Origin: Vicugna vicugna
Taxonomy: Eukaryota
Length of the DNA stretch: 64,000 bases
Reading direction: 5' to 3'
Assembly (NCBI GenBank): GCA_013265495.1
Contig: MU062317.1
Location: 1,054,001-1,118,000 of the forward strand
The notes below the pieces were generated by a model that saw only the letters and a list, made by a program, of their open reading frames with translations, made no database searches and was not told where the DNA came from. Positions 44,770 to 56,932 of this stretch are shown here, one piece after another (positions within the stretch are counted from its first letter, which is position 1; each line of letters opens with the position of its first letter). A program made the position numbers and the translations under genes.

Positions 44770-47700
44770 GTGTGACTTGCAGACACCTGCTCCCGGAATC
44801 TGACCTGCCTTTCCTTTTGCTCAGCAGTGCCTTTTGAAGAGCAAACTTCTTAACAATAGCAAATTAAAATTTAAACGATTTTTAATTGTTTATTTTTGTT
44901 TCTTTCCATTTAAAAAAATCCTCGCCGAACCCAAAGCTACCAAGGTTTTCTAAACATCTTCTCTAAAAGTTTTATAGTTTGAGCTCTGGGATCTATTTTG
45001 AGTTCATTTTTTGTCAGGGTTGAAGTTCATTTCTTTGTATGTGAGTGTTCAGTTGTTCCAGCCTCATTTGTTGAAAAGCCTGTGATTTCCCCATTGAATT
45101 GGCTTGGCAATATTATCAAAAATTGATTGTCCAAGTATGTGTGGGTCCAATGGCGGACTCTCTGTTCCATTGATTTGTGTATCTAGCCTTTCACAGTGCC
45201 ACACGGTCACGATTCCTCCAACTTCATGATAAGCCGTGAGATATAGTACAAGTCTTCCAACATTTCTTCTTCTACAAAGTTGATTAGGTTACTTTAGGTG
45301 CATTGTGTTTCCACATAAACATTAAAGCTAGCTCGGCAATTTCTGTAAGAAAGTATTCTAGGATTTTTTTTTTTCCACTGGTATTTCATTGAATCTATAG
45401 ATCAATTTCAGGAAAATTGTCATTAACAGTACTGAACCTTCCAATCCATGAACATGGTATATCTCTCCACTTACTCAGATCGCCTTTGATTTATCTTGGT
45501 GATATTTCATAGTTTTCGGTGTATGTGCCTTACACATTTTTTTCTTTTGGTTAAACTGATTGCTGAGTTTATCATTTTTTATTCTATTGTAATTTTTTAG
45601 AATTTCAGTTTCCACTTGTTCATTGCTAGTGTGTGGAAGTCCAATTAACTGTTGTTCACTGGCATTTTGTACATTGTGATTGCTAGACTCATTTATCAGT
45701 TCTTGTAGATTTTTTGCAGTTTCCTTTAGATTTTGTACATAGACAAATATGTTATCTGCACCTATTTCTTCTTAAGTCAATACCAGTACTTTGTGTTTTT
45801 CAAGAAATTCATACCTTTCATTTAGTTTTCAAATGTATTGACCTAAAGCTCTTCATAGAATTTGTTTATTATTTTTTATTGTGTGTAGATTTGGTAGTGA
45901 TGGCCCCTCTTTTATTTCAGGCATTGGTAATTTATGTCTCATCTGTTTTCTTCTGGGTAAGTTTGGCTAGACGTTTATCCATAAACTTGTTCAAGAACAG
46001 GTTTTGGTTTTATCGAGTCTTCCTTTATTTTTGTTTTTCTACTTCACTTATTTTTTCTCTTGGATTTATTATTTCCTTCTGCTTACTTTGGATTTAAGTT
46101 TTTCTTCATTTTATCACCCTTATGGAGAGAGCATAGCTTATTAATCTGACATTTTTCTTCTTTCCTAATTTAAGAAATTAATGTTACAAATTTTCCTCCA
46201 AGCAGTGCTTGCTTAGCTGCACCTCACAAACTAAAAAATCTTGTGTTTTTATTCTTATTCAGTTCAAAATGTTTTCTAATTTCTTTTGTGATTAATTTTT
46301 TTGACCCGTGGTTTATTTAGAATTGTGTTGGTTAGGTTCCAGGTGTCTGGGGATTTCCAGGTATTGCCTGTCATTGACCTTCCAGTTCAATTCTCTTGCA
46401 GTCAGAGAAATACTTTGTAAGATTTTCATGCTTTGACGTGTATTGAGACTTGCTTTATGGCTCAGAACGTGGTCCCTCTTGGTGACTGTTTCACGTGCAC
46501 ACGGAAAGAGTGTGTATGTTGCTGTTGTTAGTCTTGCCGTGTCCTCTTGAAGAACTGATTCCTTTCGTCATTATGAAATGTCCTTCTTTATCCATGATAA
46601 TATTTCTTATTCAGAAATAAACTTCTATTGACGTTAATACAGCAGCTCCTGCGTTCTTCTGGTCGGTGTTTACATGGTACATCTCTTTCCATCCTTTTAT
46701 TTTCAACTTACCCATTTTTTTTGTATTCAAAGTGAGTTTCTTATAGACGGTATACAGTTGGGTTTTGATTTTGTTAAATCCGAGTTTGCAATTTCTTTGT
46801 TTTAACTGGAAGGTTTGGGCCGTTTACACTTAATGTGATTTATATACGGTTGGGTTTAAATGCACCACCTCACTATTTGTTTGCATGTTTGTCTCATTTC
46901 TTTGTTCTTGTTTTCCTGCTCTCTTCAGTTAAGCGAGTGTTTTCAAAAGTCCATTTTCACCTACAACACGGACCTTTTCTCTTCACTGACTGCTCTAGAG
47001 TTTTTACAATGCACATCATTAACTTATCAAAGTGCTTTCAAAGCATGTTGGACCGCTTCACTTACAGTGTAAAATCTTACGATAACGTCCCTCTATTTCC
47101 CTTCTTCTGCCCTGTGTGCTTTGTCATAAATTTCACTTCTTTATCTTATAAAGCTTTTCATACATTGCTGTTATTTTCCTTTGAGCAGTTAGTTACGTCT
47201 TAAATTTTTAAAAATTTAAATTAAGCATTCTTTCATCTACCCACATATTTATCATTTCCGATATTCTTTGTGTCTCTGTGTAGGCTCATAGTTCCACCTG
47301 GCGTAATTTTCCTCACATGCAAAGAATGTTATTTACCATTTATTACAGTGCTGGTCTACTGCATAAACTCTCTCAGCTCTGACTGAAGTATCACTTATCT
47401 TGCTTTCATTTGAAAGACAGTTTTGTTGAGTACAGAAGTCTAGGCTAGAAGCTTTCTTCCTCAGTACTTTGAAGGAGTTTCTCCACTGTATTCTGCCTTG
47501 CACAGTTTCTGATGAGAAATTCACTTATACGTTTTGTTCACTGGTACGTAATATGCCTTTTATTCTCTGGCTGCTTATAAGAGTTTCCCCTTAACTCCTT
47601 AGCATCTGATGATGATACACTTGGTGTCTGTCTTGTTTTTTCTGCTCGGAGCTTGTTGAGCTCCTTGCATCTGTGAGTTTGCAGTGTTGTTGTTGCTGTT

Positions 47701-48225
47701 AATCAAATGTTTAATATTTTCAGCAAGAATTTCTTCAGATACTTCCCCCTCTTTCTTCTCCTTCCGCCCCACAAGAGATGCCAACGGCATGGACGTTGGA
47801 CAGCTTCCTATTACTGCACTGACTGTGGCTTTTTCCATTTTTTCAGTCTTTTTTTCCCTGTTTATAACTTTGGATAATTTCTGTTACTTTCTTAAAAGAT
47901 CCCATTGATCTTTTTTTCTTTTTGAAACAGTGTCCTGCAGCTTTAATCTGCACATAAACCCGTTCAGTGTATGTTCCCGTTTCAGACCATATATGTATAT
48001 TTTTTCATCTCTAGAGGTTCATTTTGGGCCCTTTCTGTCTCTTCTCTGCTTCCGCTCGTCACGTTTGTGTTCCCTCCGCCTCTGTGCTGACACAGCCGGT
48101 ACCTGTAGCAGCTGCACCCGTTTGTTGCATTTCTAACGTTATTTCATTTCCGGGTCTGCTTTTAGTTACTGGCTTTTCTCTTGGCCCCGAGGCATAGGCT
48201 CTGCTTCCTCTCACGCCTGGTAATT
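44770..48225 (-). mobile_element. Large ancient L1M, antisense, with ORF2 and ORF1/5' remnants, internally deleted, non-coding
   Basis: T-rich 3.4 kb block with L1 ORF2 landmarks such as TTGAATCTATAGATCAATTT, CCAATCCATGAACATGGTATATCTCTCCA and CATTTGTTGAAAAG, and 5' landmarks such as GTTTCTGATGAGAAATTC and CTCTGGCTGCTTATAAG. Confidence 0.92.
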
Positions 48226-48730
48226 AAAAATAAAACTTTTTATTTCATGCTTCAAGAAACTATAAAAGAGCACAGAGGTTCAATGCACTCTTCGCTCAGT
48301 TTGTCCCAGAGTGAGCAGCGTGCACAACCCCGGCACAGCCGTGCGCGCTGCGAGGCTCACCCCGACACGATGCTGCTGACTTACCTGGGCCTTTGTTGGA
48401 ATGTCACTGGGTGTGAAAAGCAAGAGACGCTGGAACCATCTCTTAATTCTCCACAAGCTCTGGGATCTACACTTAGCTCCCCACCCAGCACTGCCCCCGG
48501 AAACTCTCCAGACAGTGAGCGAGGCCTCGTGAGGGCAGGAAGAGTTACACACTTGTTACACACTCAGAGAGACAAAGTGCCTCCCGTCTGTTGGGGGCAG
48601 GTGGTGTATTTTGAGAAGCACCAAGAAACTCCAGCGACCTCCCACGCAGGGTCACACGGTGTCAAATTCTGTTACCCGACATTTGCTCCTTTGTACTTTA
48701 AAAAGAGGAGCGAACACCTTCAGGTCCTCA
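48225..48730 (-). mobile_element. Old L1M 3'-end fragment, antisense
   Basis: AAACTATAAAAGAGCACAGAGG...CTTCGCTCAGTTTGTCCC...ACAACCCCGGCACAGCC resembles an antisense L1MB/L1MC 3' UTR. Confidence 0.5.
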
Positions 48731-49189
48731 CTCCTGCTGTATTAGTTCAGGAGGGAGGCGGGCAGGAAAGAGATGTTGATGGAATACACACCTGCTGTGA
48801 GGGATGCTTTCCGCCTGCCTCTCACTGAGTCTGCCCTGTCCCCAGGGTCCACCTGAGGCAGGTACCACAGTCACACCTTGCCCCTGAGTATACCTGAGGC
48901 AGGTGTTGCCACACCCACTCCCCAGGTGAGGCCCCTGAGGAGCCTTCCAGGAGTTCACACAGACCTCAGACCTCGAGGCTACCAAGTGCAAGTGTCTCTC
49001 TGACCCTCCCTCCCTCCAGAGAGGCCTGCTGGCCCCTCAGCTCCCCCCAGGTTGGGCAAGCACAGGGAGGGGGCAGGACCCCGGAGCTCAGGGCCCCCCC
49101 AGACCCACATCCTTCCGGGGGGCCCCTGCTGCACTGCTCTGGCCTCAGAAAGCAGGTCCCCCCGATCTCCTGGCCCCTGGTGAGTTCCC

Positions 49190-52170
49190 AGATCTGTCTT
49201 TACGCCCAGCCAAGACATTAGGCAAGGATTATTTAAGGAAGACTTTGAGATAAAATGGGCATGTTTCTGGGAAAATACAAAATGCCAAGCCTGGCCCAAG
49301 AAGAAATAGAAACTTCAACAGGTCAAAAATGGGAATCAGAGCCCTTCCCCTCCTCAGAAAAGAGCCTCGTGCCAAGCTGTTTCCAGGGGGCTCTTTCAGG
49401 GGGCAGATCATTCTTATCTGACAGAAATTTTTCTAGAAAATACTAAAGGGGGTAAAACGACCTGTTCTATTTTAAGAGACCTGTGTCGGCTTGGGTCTAA
49501 ATCTGGGTCAGAGTGACAAAACAGAAAGCAGCGAAGGCCCTTCCCCCTCACAGACACAGACGGGAAAGCGGTGAGTAAGATGCTAGCGGCCCGGAGCCAG
49601 TCACGTGGTTTGCAGCACACACTCACCAGGGCCGCCGAAGCTGGAAAGGCAAACTCCAAACGCTGGCAAGAGCGTGGCCAGCCAGCACCCCCGTGCAGGG
49701 TTGGTGGGTGTTCTGGGCACAGATCTGGCAGTTTCTTACACGTCTACATACCCACCTACCCCATGACCCAGAGGCCCCCCTTCAGGGTGTTTACCCAAGA
49801 GAAATAAAGACACATCCACAAAATGACTTGTCCAATAACGTTCATAGCAATTTTATTCACAATATCAAAAACCAGAACTATCCCGTATGCCCATCAGTGG
49901 GAGGAAGGCGGAGCAAACCGTGAGGCCTGCCTGCAGCGGAGTCCTTGCAGCGCTGAATTCAGACAGCCCACCCACCCAAAGCCTCCGTGTCGAGTGAAAG
50001 AAGCCAGACACGAAGGGGCACCTGCTGCGAAACTCAGTTCACGTGAAGTCCTGGAGCAAGGCAAGCGAATCAAGGTGAGAAAGATCAGAGCTCTGGGAGG
50101 GAGCTCCCTGGCGTGGCCCTTCTGCGTCTCCACTGGGTCTGGGTCTCCTGGGTGCGTGTATTTGGCCAAGTCATTGTATGTAAATTTTGCTACAAAAGAA
50201 ACGACAAGGACCTTGCAGAAACATTGAAGTCTAGTTAATTGTAGACCTGCTGAAGTGTTTAAGGGAAAATGGGCTAAAGTTTGTCACTTACCTTGAAATA
50301 CATCAAAAAATAAGTAAAATGGATGACTGGCGCGACAGAAGGATGGATGAGCGGACAGACATGTGATACGGGATGTTTAGCAAAAGATTAGTGTAAATGG
50401 TGTAAAATATTAGTATATTAGTTTTGGATTCATCTAAATGCCGGGTGTACAGGTGTTCACTGTAAAATTCAGCCTTTTTGAATTGTTTGAAATGTTTGAA
50501 AAGTTTCATAATGAAATGTTGGGAAAGAGTCATCATGATCAAGTATGGTTTGTCCCGGGAAGGCAAAGATGCTTTAGACTCAGAAGATCGATCAGTTTGC
50601 ACTAATGGACTAAGGGAAAAATTAGCAGGTGCAGAAAGAGTGTTTAGTAAAGCTTGAGCGCCTCCTGTCTTTCTAAAAGGCTCTCAGAAGCCTGGAAATG
50701 AAGAGCAGCTTTCCTGAGCTGATGAAACTGGTCCTCAAAGAACCCAGGGCCGGTTTCTCCCGTTGTGGGGTTTGGAAGCATCCTCTGTGCCGTCAGGTCC
50801 TACACGAGCTCCCGGCCACCACCGTTCAGTGGAGCTGACCCGTCCGACTGCCTCAGTCAGGCACAAACAAGAAATAAGGCATCGAAAGAAAGAAAGAAAG
50901 AAGAAAGCAAGAGGCAGGCAGGCATCTAAGAGTTGAAAGGAAAGAATTAGCCTGTTGTTATTTGTGGAATGAAAATAAAATAAGAAAAACGTAAGAATAA
51001 AAAGAGAAAGAGCGGTCGTCTGCGTACGGCCATCTGTGTAAAAAGCCTAAATCGCAAAGACAAAGAACGTCCACAGCAAGCAAACAAGAAGAAGGTTCCA
51101 CGAGACTCCGCATGAAAGAGCAGCTTGCGCAGGTCTGAGCAGCCCCTGACAGCCAGGCAAGTAACAAAGCGTCAGATGCCGTTCAGGCTGGCGCCTAGGA
51201 AGTGGCCTAACGGGGCCCGCACGGCTTCTCAGGAAGAGCCTGACCCCAGCGTGCGGGCGCAGGGCGGGAGCCGGGGGTGGGGGGCGAGGCGGCGCGTGCG
51301 CACGGACGGCCCGGCCTGGTGAAGGCGGCCGCTGTCTGTTTCGTCTTCGGAGTCGATTCAGCTGCGACCCACACCTCACCAGTGCGTTCGGAGGATCTGG
51401 TCAACTTATTCTGGTGCCGACACGGCTGGAAATAGCTAAGATTTTCGAAAAGGAGAGCAAGGCTGGGTGCTCCTGCTGGGAAACACTAGACCTCTGCAAA
51501 ACTACAGGAGTAAAGCAAAAACCAGCAAGCAAGCAAAGTCCCAAAAAACAAAAGCCAGATCGCCGTGTGAGCCTGTGGTGGGGAACCGAGCTCAGGAGGA
51601 GGCCCAGGCGACCGTGGCTCCGCCTCCAGAGAACGGAGGGACAGCGGCGTGGACGCGCCTCGGAGAGACTCGCTGCGCGGAAAAGCCAGCCCGCCGTGCA
51701 CGTCAGGCAGATCAGGCCCCAGGTGTCAAAGATAAGCCACCGCAGTTCTCTTAATGGAAGGAAATACGGGTAAGATCTTTGTCATCTGGGGGCGGTGAAG
51801 AACTTCTTAAATTAGACCTGACATCTTTCCCTGGAGCTGGAAATGAAAGGATTTGGCTCCGTCGGAATGGAAGATTTAAACAGATACAAAAATCCAGAAA
51901 CAGATAAAGCCACCTGCCCGGCAAAGAACATGGGGAAAGTTCCCAAAGAGGAGAAGCTGCGCGCCACACGCAGCTGAAACTGCTAAGTGAGCGACTCAGG
52001 ATAGAAAGGACACGCTGCCGCTGAAAAAGTTCGGAGGAGGCGGAGCTTTACTGGCCAACACAAACACGGCGGGCTTTCAAACTCAATCGTAATCAGACAA
52101 GTGCAGGTTTTAAAGAAGATGTTCCATCTCACGCCTGACCAATTGGCAGAAATTTGAAAATCAAACAAAG
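49190..52170 (+). mobile_element. Ancient, decayed L1M ORF2 fossil (sense) split by a nested L1 3' end
   Basis: Collinear ORF2 landmarks: GAGATAAAATGGGCATGTTTCTGGGAAAATACAAA...CAAGAAGAAATAGAAA (about 49245-49315), CATCATGATCAAGTATGGTTTGTCCCGGGAAGGCAA (about 50530), GCAGGTGCAGAAAGAGTGTTT, GAAATAGCTAAGATTTTCGAAAAGGAG, AAGATCTTTGTCATCTGGG and CATCTCACGCCTGACCAATTGGCAGAAAT. Confidence 0.82.
49635..50525 (+). mobile_element. Nested L1M 3' end inserted into the older ORF2
   Basis: CCATGACCCAGAGGCCCCCC...TTTACCCAAGAGAAATAAAGACAC...GTTCATAGCAATTTTATTCACAATATCAAAAACCAGAA...AAAGAAGCCAGACAC...TGTTCACTGTAAAATT...CATAATGAAATGTTGGGAAA. The ORF2 sequence stops before it and resumes after it. Confidence 0.78.
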
Positions 52171-52527
52171 CCCCGTGTGGGTGAGAGTGTGGGGATGGGG
52201 ACCCTCGTCCTACAGCAGCGGGGCTGGGAGGACACGCTGGGCGATCCGAGCGGGATCGGACAGCGCTTGTGAAACCGCCAGGCGCCTGCTCTGTTACCCA
52301 GTATCACCCGCTCCACCCACCTGCCCCCAGGCCAGCAGGGTGCCACGGGGCGCCCGCCCCAGGTGGACCCCGGATGCCTGCTCGGAGGGAGGGGTGGGGG
52401 CAAGAGCCGCAGAACAGCCAGAGACAATGGCCTGCGAGTCGGGGCTGCCCGGTCTTCAGAAGCGGGCAGCTGACTGAGAAGTACACGGGGCCGGCTGAGA
52501 CTATCGGCCCAGGAGCAAACGATGCCC

Positions 52528-52630
52528 ACGGCACACACACAGCACACACACACACCACGCACAACACACACAGAACGCACACAGAACACACACACACACA
52601 GGACACACACACACACACCCCCACCCCACG
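52528..52630. repeat. Degenerate (CA)n tract
   Basis: CACACAC units interrupted by AG and GC. Confidence 0.9.
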
Positions 52631-55495
52631 CACCGCGCAGAGCCCGGACGGCAGCCCCGCCCCCGCCCCCAGGCTGGGCTCTGGGGCACCCAGGGCTGGG
52701 GCAGGGCACTGGCCGCCGCAGAGGCGCCCCCTCCAGGCTGACAGATCTCAGCGGCAGGTGAGATACCAAAGGGACCAGCGGGCCTTGGGGCCTCTCGTCA
52801 GGCGCCAGCTTGGTCACAGACCACAAGAAGACGCCCCCTCCGGCCCTTCCCACAGCGTCCCTGGGCCCCCGGGCCCTGGCTCCTGACCGCCCACCGCCTG
52901 ACTTTCCGAGGCTCCAAGATGGGGGGGGCGAGGGGCAGCGGCCCTGGACCAGGACATCCCCACTGCCCGACAGGGCTAACTTGGGCTCAGCTCGGCCCTC
53001 ACGGGGGCGATGGCGCCAGGTACAGAAGGGCCCAAGACCCCGCCACTGGCAGTGACGCGGGCTTCCGCCTCACCTTCGCCCACCGGGCCCCTCAGCTGCT
53101 TTCCTGCAAGTTCTAGGTCTTCTGCGCTTCACAGATGAGGCAGCGGAGCTGCAGGGGGGCCAGAAGACCTTCCCGTGGCCTTGGCGCCGGGAGGGGCTGG
53201 ACCTGAGGCTGCCTGGCTGCCCCTGCACCCAGTTCTCAGCTGCTGCTCCAGCCGCCGGGCAGAGAGCAGAGCGGGTTCGAGGGAGATAGCGAGGAAACTC
53301 GGGGGTCTCAGGGCCGGGCCGTCGGAGGACGCGGGGAGGCCAGAGCCCCTGACCCACAGACCGAGGTACCGGTGTCTGGGCTCCGACCCCGGGCTGGGCC
53401 GTGGGGCTGAGGGGTAACCAGGAGAGGCTCTGGGCTGCTCCGTGCTCCCTCTGCCTCCGGCCCTTTGCATGTGCTCTCTCGTCCCCCTTTCAAGTCGTCA
53501 CCTCGTTTTCCTCCTTCTACGCTCAGCTCAGCCGTCCCTGCCTTAGATGTCTCCTCAGAGGCCGCTCCCTCCGGGGCAGACTAAAGCAGCGTCTTTCTGA
53601 GGGCAAACCGTGGCTCTGAGACGAACACAAATGTGCGTCCTTGGTTTTACTTAGTTCATTAATTCTGAGGGAACCAGTAGCTCTAAGAACAGGTTCGAGG
53701 GACAGTCCCACAGCCACAGGCCCCCCATGCAGGGGCGCCGGCCCCCCGGGAGGCTGAGGCATTACCTCTGCCCCTGCTGGCTGCAGGGCCCAACCGGGCT
53801 GCCCAGGCGGGCGCTGCCCCAAGTCCAGTGTCTTTGTGATGAAACCTCAGGGAGCTCCCAGGTGCAGCCAGCGGCCGCCCCCACAGGCGTCCAGCAGTAC
53901 ACACCCCCAGCCCCCACGCCGGCAGCTATCAGCAGCCTCCGTGTGATTTCCAGTTGTCCCCCGCACTTCTGCCTCCTGGGCGTTGTCGAAGTGCCCAAAG
54001 CACGTTCTGGCGCTCAGACGCTTCTGTGTTGGGAACACACGTCCAACCCTCACAGCTCGTCAGGCAGGCGAGAATCCCACTGCCCTTCCCGGGCCCAGCT
54101 CTGCTTCCAGGGGCGGATCAGCTCCCTGCTCCCCGCCCCGCCCCGCCCCCCCCCCGGAGGGATCTGTGTGGGGGCCGGTCTGTGCCCAGAGATGGGACCC
54201 TCAACCAGAGACCAGCCCTGGAAGGGACCCCTCAGCTCTGTCCCGTGAAAAGGCCTCTGTCCTCCAGCCAAAGGCTTGCAGCGGGAGGTTTCCTCATGCC
54301 CAGGACAGAGAGAAGCAGCTGAAGTAGAAGTGATTGTGCAATCCTCGCGGAAAGAGTGATTTTGGTTCCATGTAATCCCCAGCAGAAATGCTGGAGTCAT
54401 TTCAGACCCCGTCCGTACACGAGTTTCAGTTGGTGACGGGCGGCTGGACGGGGTCAGGAGCACGAGGGTCCACGCGACGGCAGAGCAAATGAAGTCCCGG
54501 GGTCCTTCCACCGAGTCGGGCTGAGGGAATTTCCCACAGACATATGTGGCTTCTGGAAAGGAGGCCCTCGATTCCTCCTGGGCGGTCCAAGCCGAGATGC
54601 GAAGTCCAGCGCCATGGCAGCGGCTCACCACACCCTCCCCCACCCTCCCCCCACCCCACCCCGCTAGTCACCGCAGGCAGGCCCTGCTGGAGAGGATGCC
54701 CTGTGAAGAGACAAAGGGGGCGGGGCTGGGGACACTGCTCTTCCAGACTTTTGGGGTCAGGGGCAACATTTACCCTCAGGCTCAGTCCCAACACCCAGGA
54801 TGAGCAGAGACCTCTTTCTCCAAGCACCTCTCTCCTGGAAACTTCAGATTTAAGGAAAACCAAGCAGGGGCCATGCTTACGGTTCCCAACGTATCCTCCC
54901 GGCTGGGACCGCGGGGGCTGCTTCCCCGGGGGCGAGCCCGAGCTCCTGAGTGGAGAAGCCCCCCCAGGCGCCCCTGCAGCCCCACGGCCCCCTGCCCTCA
55001 AAGCGGGCCATTGCCTGCGGAACGAGCACCTGGTCCTCCTTTCCGAGCATCTCGTGCCCCGGCCTGAGTCGGCGCCCCCTTCCCACACCCTCTGCTCCCA
55101 GAGCCACCAGACCTGGCGCAGAATCTGGGTGGGAACCATGCACGGTCGGGCCTGGAGGCTACTTCCTGTTACTCTTCCATGACAGCCCACTCTGGGGGCT
55201 CCTGCCGCCCTGGGCACCCGAGACCTGCTGGAGGACCCACGTGGCACCCTCGGGGCCAGACAGGGGCAGGCGTGTGTGCACGTGCTCGGAGGGCCCCACC
55301 TGCCACCAGCCATCTCTGGGCTTGTCCAGGAAACCAGCCTCTGCAGGATGGTTCAGGCCGCGGAGCCCATGTTTTCACTGTCTCTGGCTGGTCACGTGCA
55401 TCCTCTCTGCAAACCTCTGGCACTTCATTTGCTCAGCGAGGAACAGCCGTCACGGGGCCGGGTGGAGGCTGATTGTTACTATGGGGCCTCACTCA

Positions 55496-55760
55496 GTGTG
55501 TGTGCACCTGTGTGTGTGCATACGTGTGTGAGTGTGTGTGTCTGCGTGTTTGTGGGGCACATGTGTGCACGTGTACACATATAGGTGTTTCTGCATGGGG
55601 GAAGCACACTGCTTGCACGTGTGTCTGTGCTTCTGTGTGCAGGCACACACGTGTCTCTGCATGTGTGCACAAGCATGTGCACGTGTGTCCACACGCATGT
55701 ACATGTGTGGGTATATGTGTGTGTGTACCCCAGCCTGCACCGCACGTCTGCACACACCCA
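55496..55760. repeat. Degenerate (TG)/(CA) low-complexity tract
   Basis: Alternating purine-pyrimidine units TGTG, TGCA and CACG over about 260 bp. Confidence 0.85.
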
Positions 55761-56595
55761 GAGGACCCCCAAGATGCAGGAGGCTGACCGGGGAGAGGAC
55801 CAGGAGCCGCCGGGTCCCTGCGGCCACTGAGGACAGAGTCACAGCCCAGCGACGGGTCACCGAAGGCCCATCAGCCAAAGGGGTCTTGTGGCTCCTCTGC
55901 TGACTGCCCTCCGGGGCCGGCTTCGACAACACAAGGGGGCTACGTCCCCTAACCCTGGGCTTTGCTGCGGTTCTGCTGCAGGAGCTTGCAGTTTCTGTCT
56001 GTGCTCCGAAAGCCTGACTCCTGCCGCCTCTTTGCCAGTTTTCAGAAAAGTGAATTGGTTCCTGCAGGAGGGGCTGAGCCACGTGTCGTGAGGTCTGAGC
56101 CCGTGCCATCGGGAACGCGGGGCACGGAGGGCTTGGAGGCCCCAGACATGCGTCCCTGGATCCGGGCTGAGGTCCAGCCTCTCACTGGGCTCCCCCATGG
56201 CCAACGTCGCTTCCTTGTGTGTCGCCCTCGGGCCCAGGTGCCTCTGGAGACCCTGAGATCTGTGTGAACCGGGAGGACTCTGGCCCCTGCAGGCTCACGG
56301 GCATGTGTCCACCAAGCCCCCAGCAAACACGCTCCCCCTAAGTGCCGAGTGAGGCAGGCTCAGTGGCGGCAGCGAGCTGGATTTCAGCAAAGGGACCCCA
56401 GCTGATGGGCGTGAGTGCCCACCTCCCGCCCCGGGGTGTGGCTGCCCGGCCCGGCTCTGCCTGGCTCAGGCCCCAGAGCTCTCCTGGGGGCCACCCCGGG
56501 CACCCTTGCACCATGGGACACACTCAATAGCACGGGTATTTTGAGCGGAATGCTCGTTGCCCTAAATGCCATAAACATTTCCCATTGCGATCGGT

Positions 56596-56932
56596 GTTAG
56601 TCTGGGTCCTCTGGGGAAACAGAAGCCATTGAGGGGGGTGTTGGGTGGGGTGGGGGAACCAGGGAGCTGGTGCAGCTCGGGCCCGAAGGCCGTCTGCTGC
56701 AGAACGCCTTGCTCCCGGGGATGGTCTGTCTTGGTTCTGGCTCAGGCCTTCGACTGCCCAGATGTGACCCAGCACAGTCCACAGAGCCGCCTGCTTCACT
56801 CAGCGTCCACTGACTTAAATGCTAAGCTCATTACCAAACATCCTCAAAGGAACTTTCAGACCAGTGTGGGACCCGATGTCTGGCTCTGTGGACGTCTTGC
56901 CGAGTAGACGCAGGAGATCAGCCGTCACGACC
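56596..56932 (-). mobile_element. MLT2-like (ERVL) solo LTR
   Basis: TGTTAGTCTGGGTCCTCTGGGGAAACAGAAGCCA...CTGCTTCACTCAGCGTCCACTGACTTAAATGCTAAGCTCATTACCAAACATCCTCAAAGGAACTTTCAGACCAGTGT...CCGTCAC matches the reverse MLT2 pattern. Confidence 0.75.

Noticed and set aside
45714-47203. Hydrophobic, membrane-protein-like ORFs (127 aa and 122 aa)
   Set aside because: They are antisense translations of T-rich L1 ORF2.
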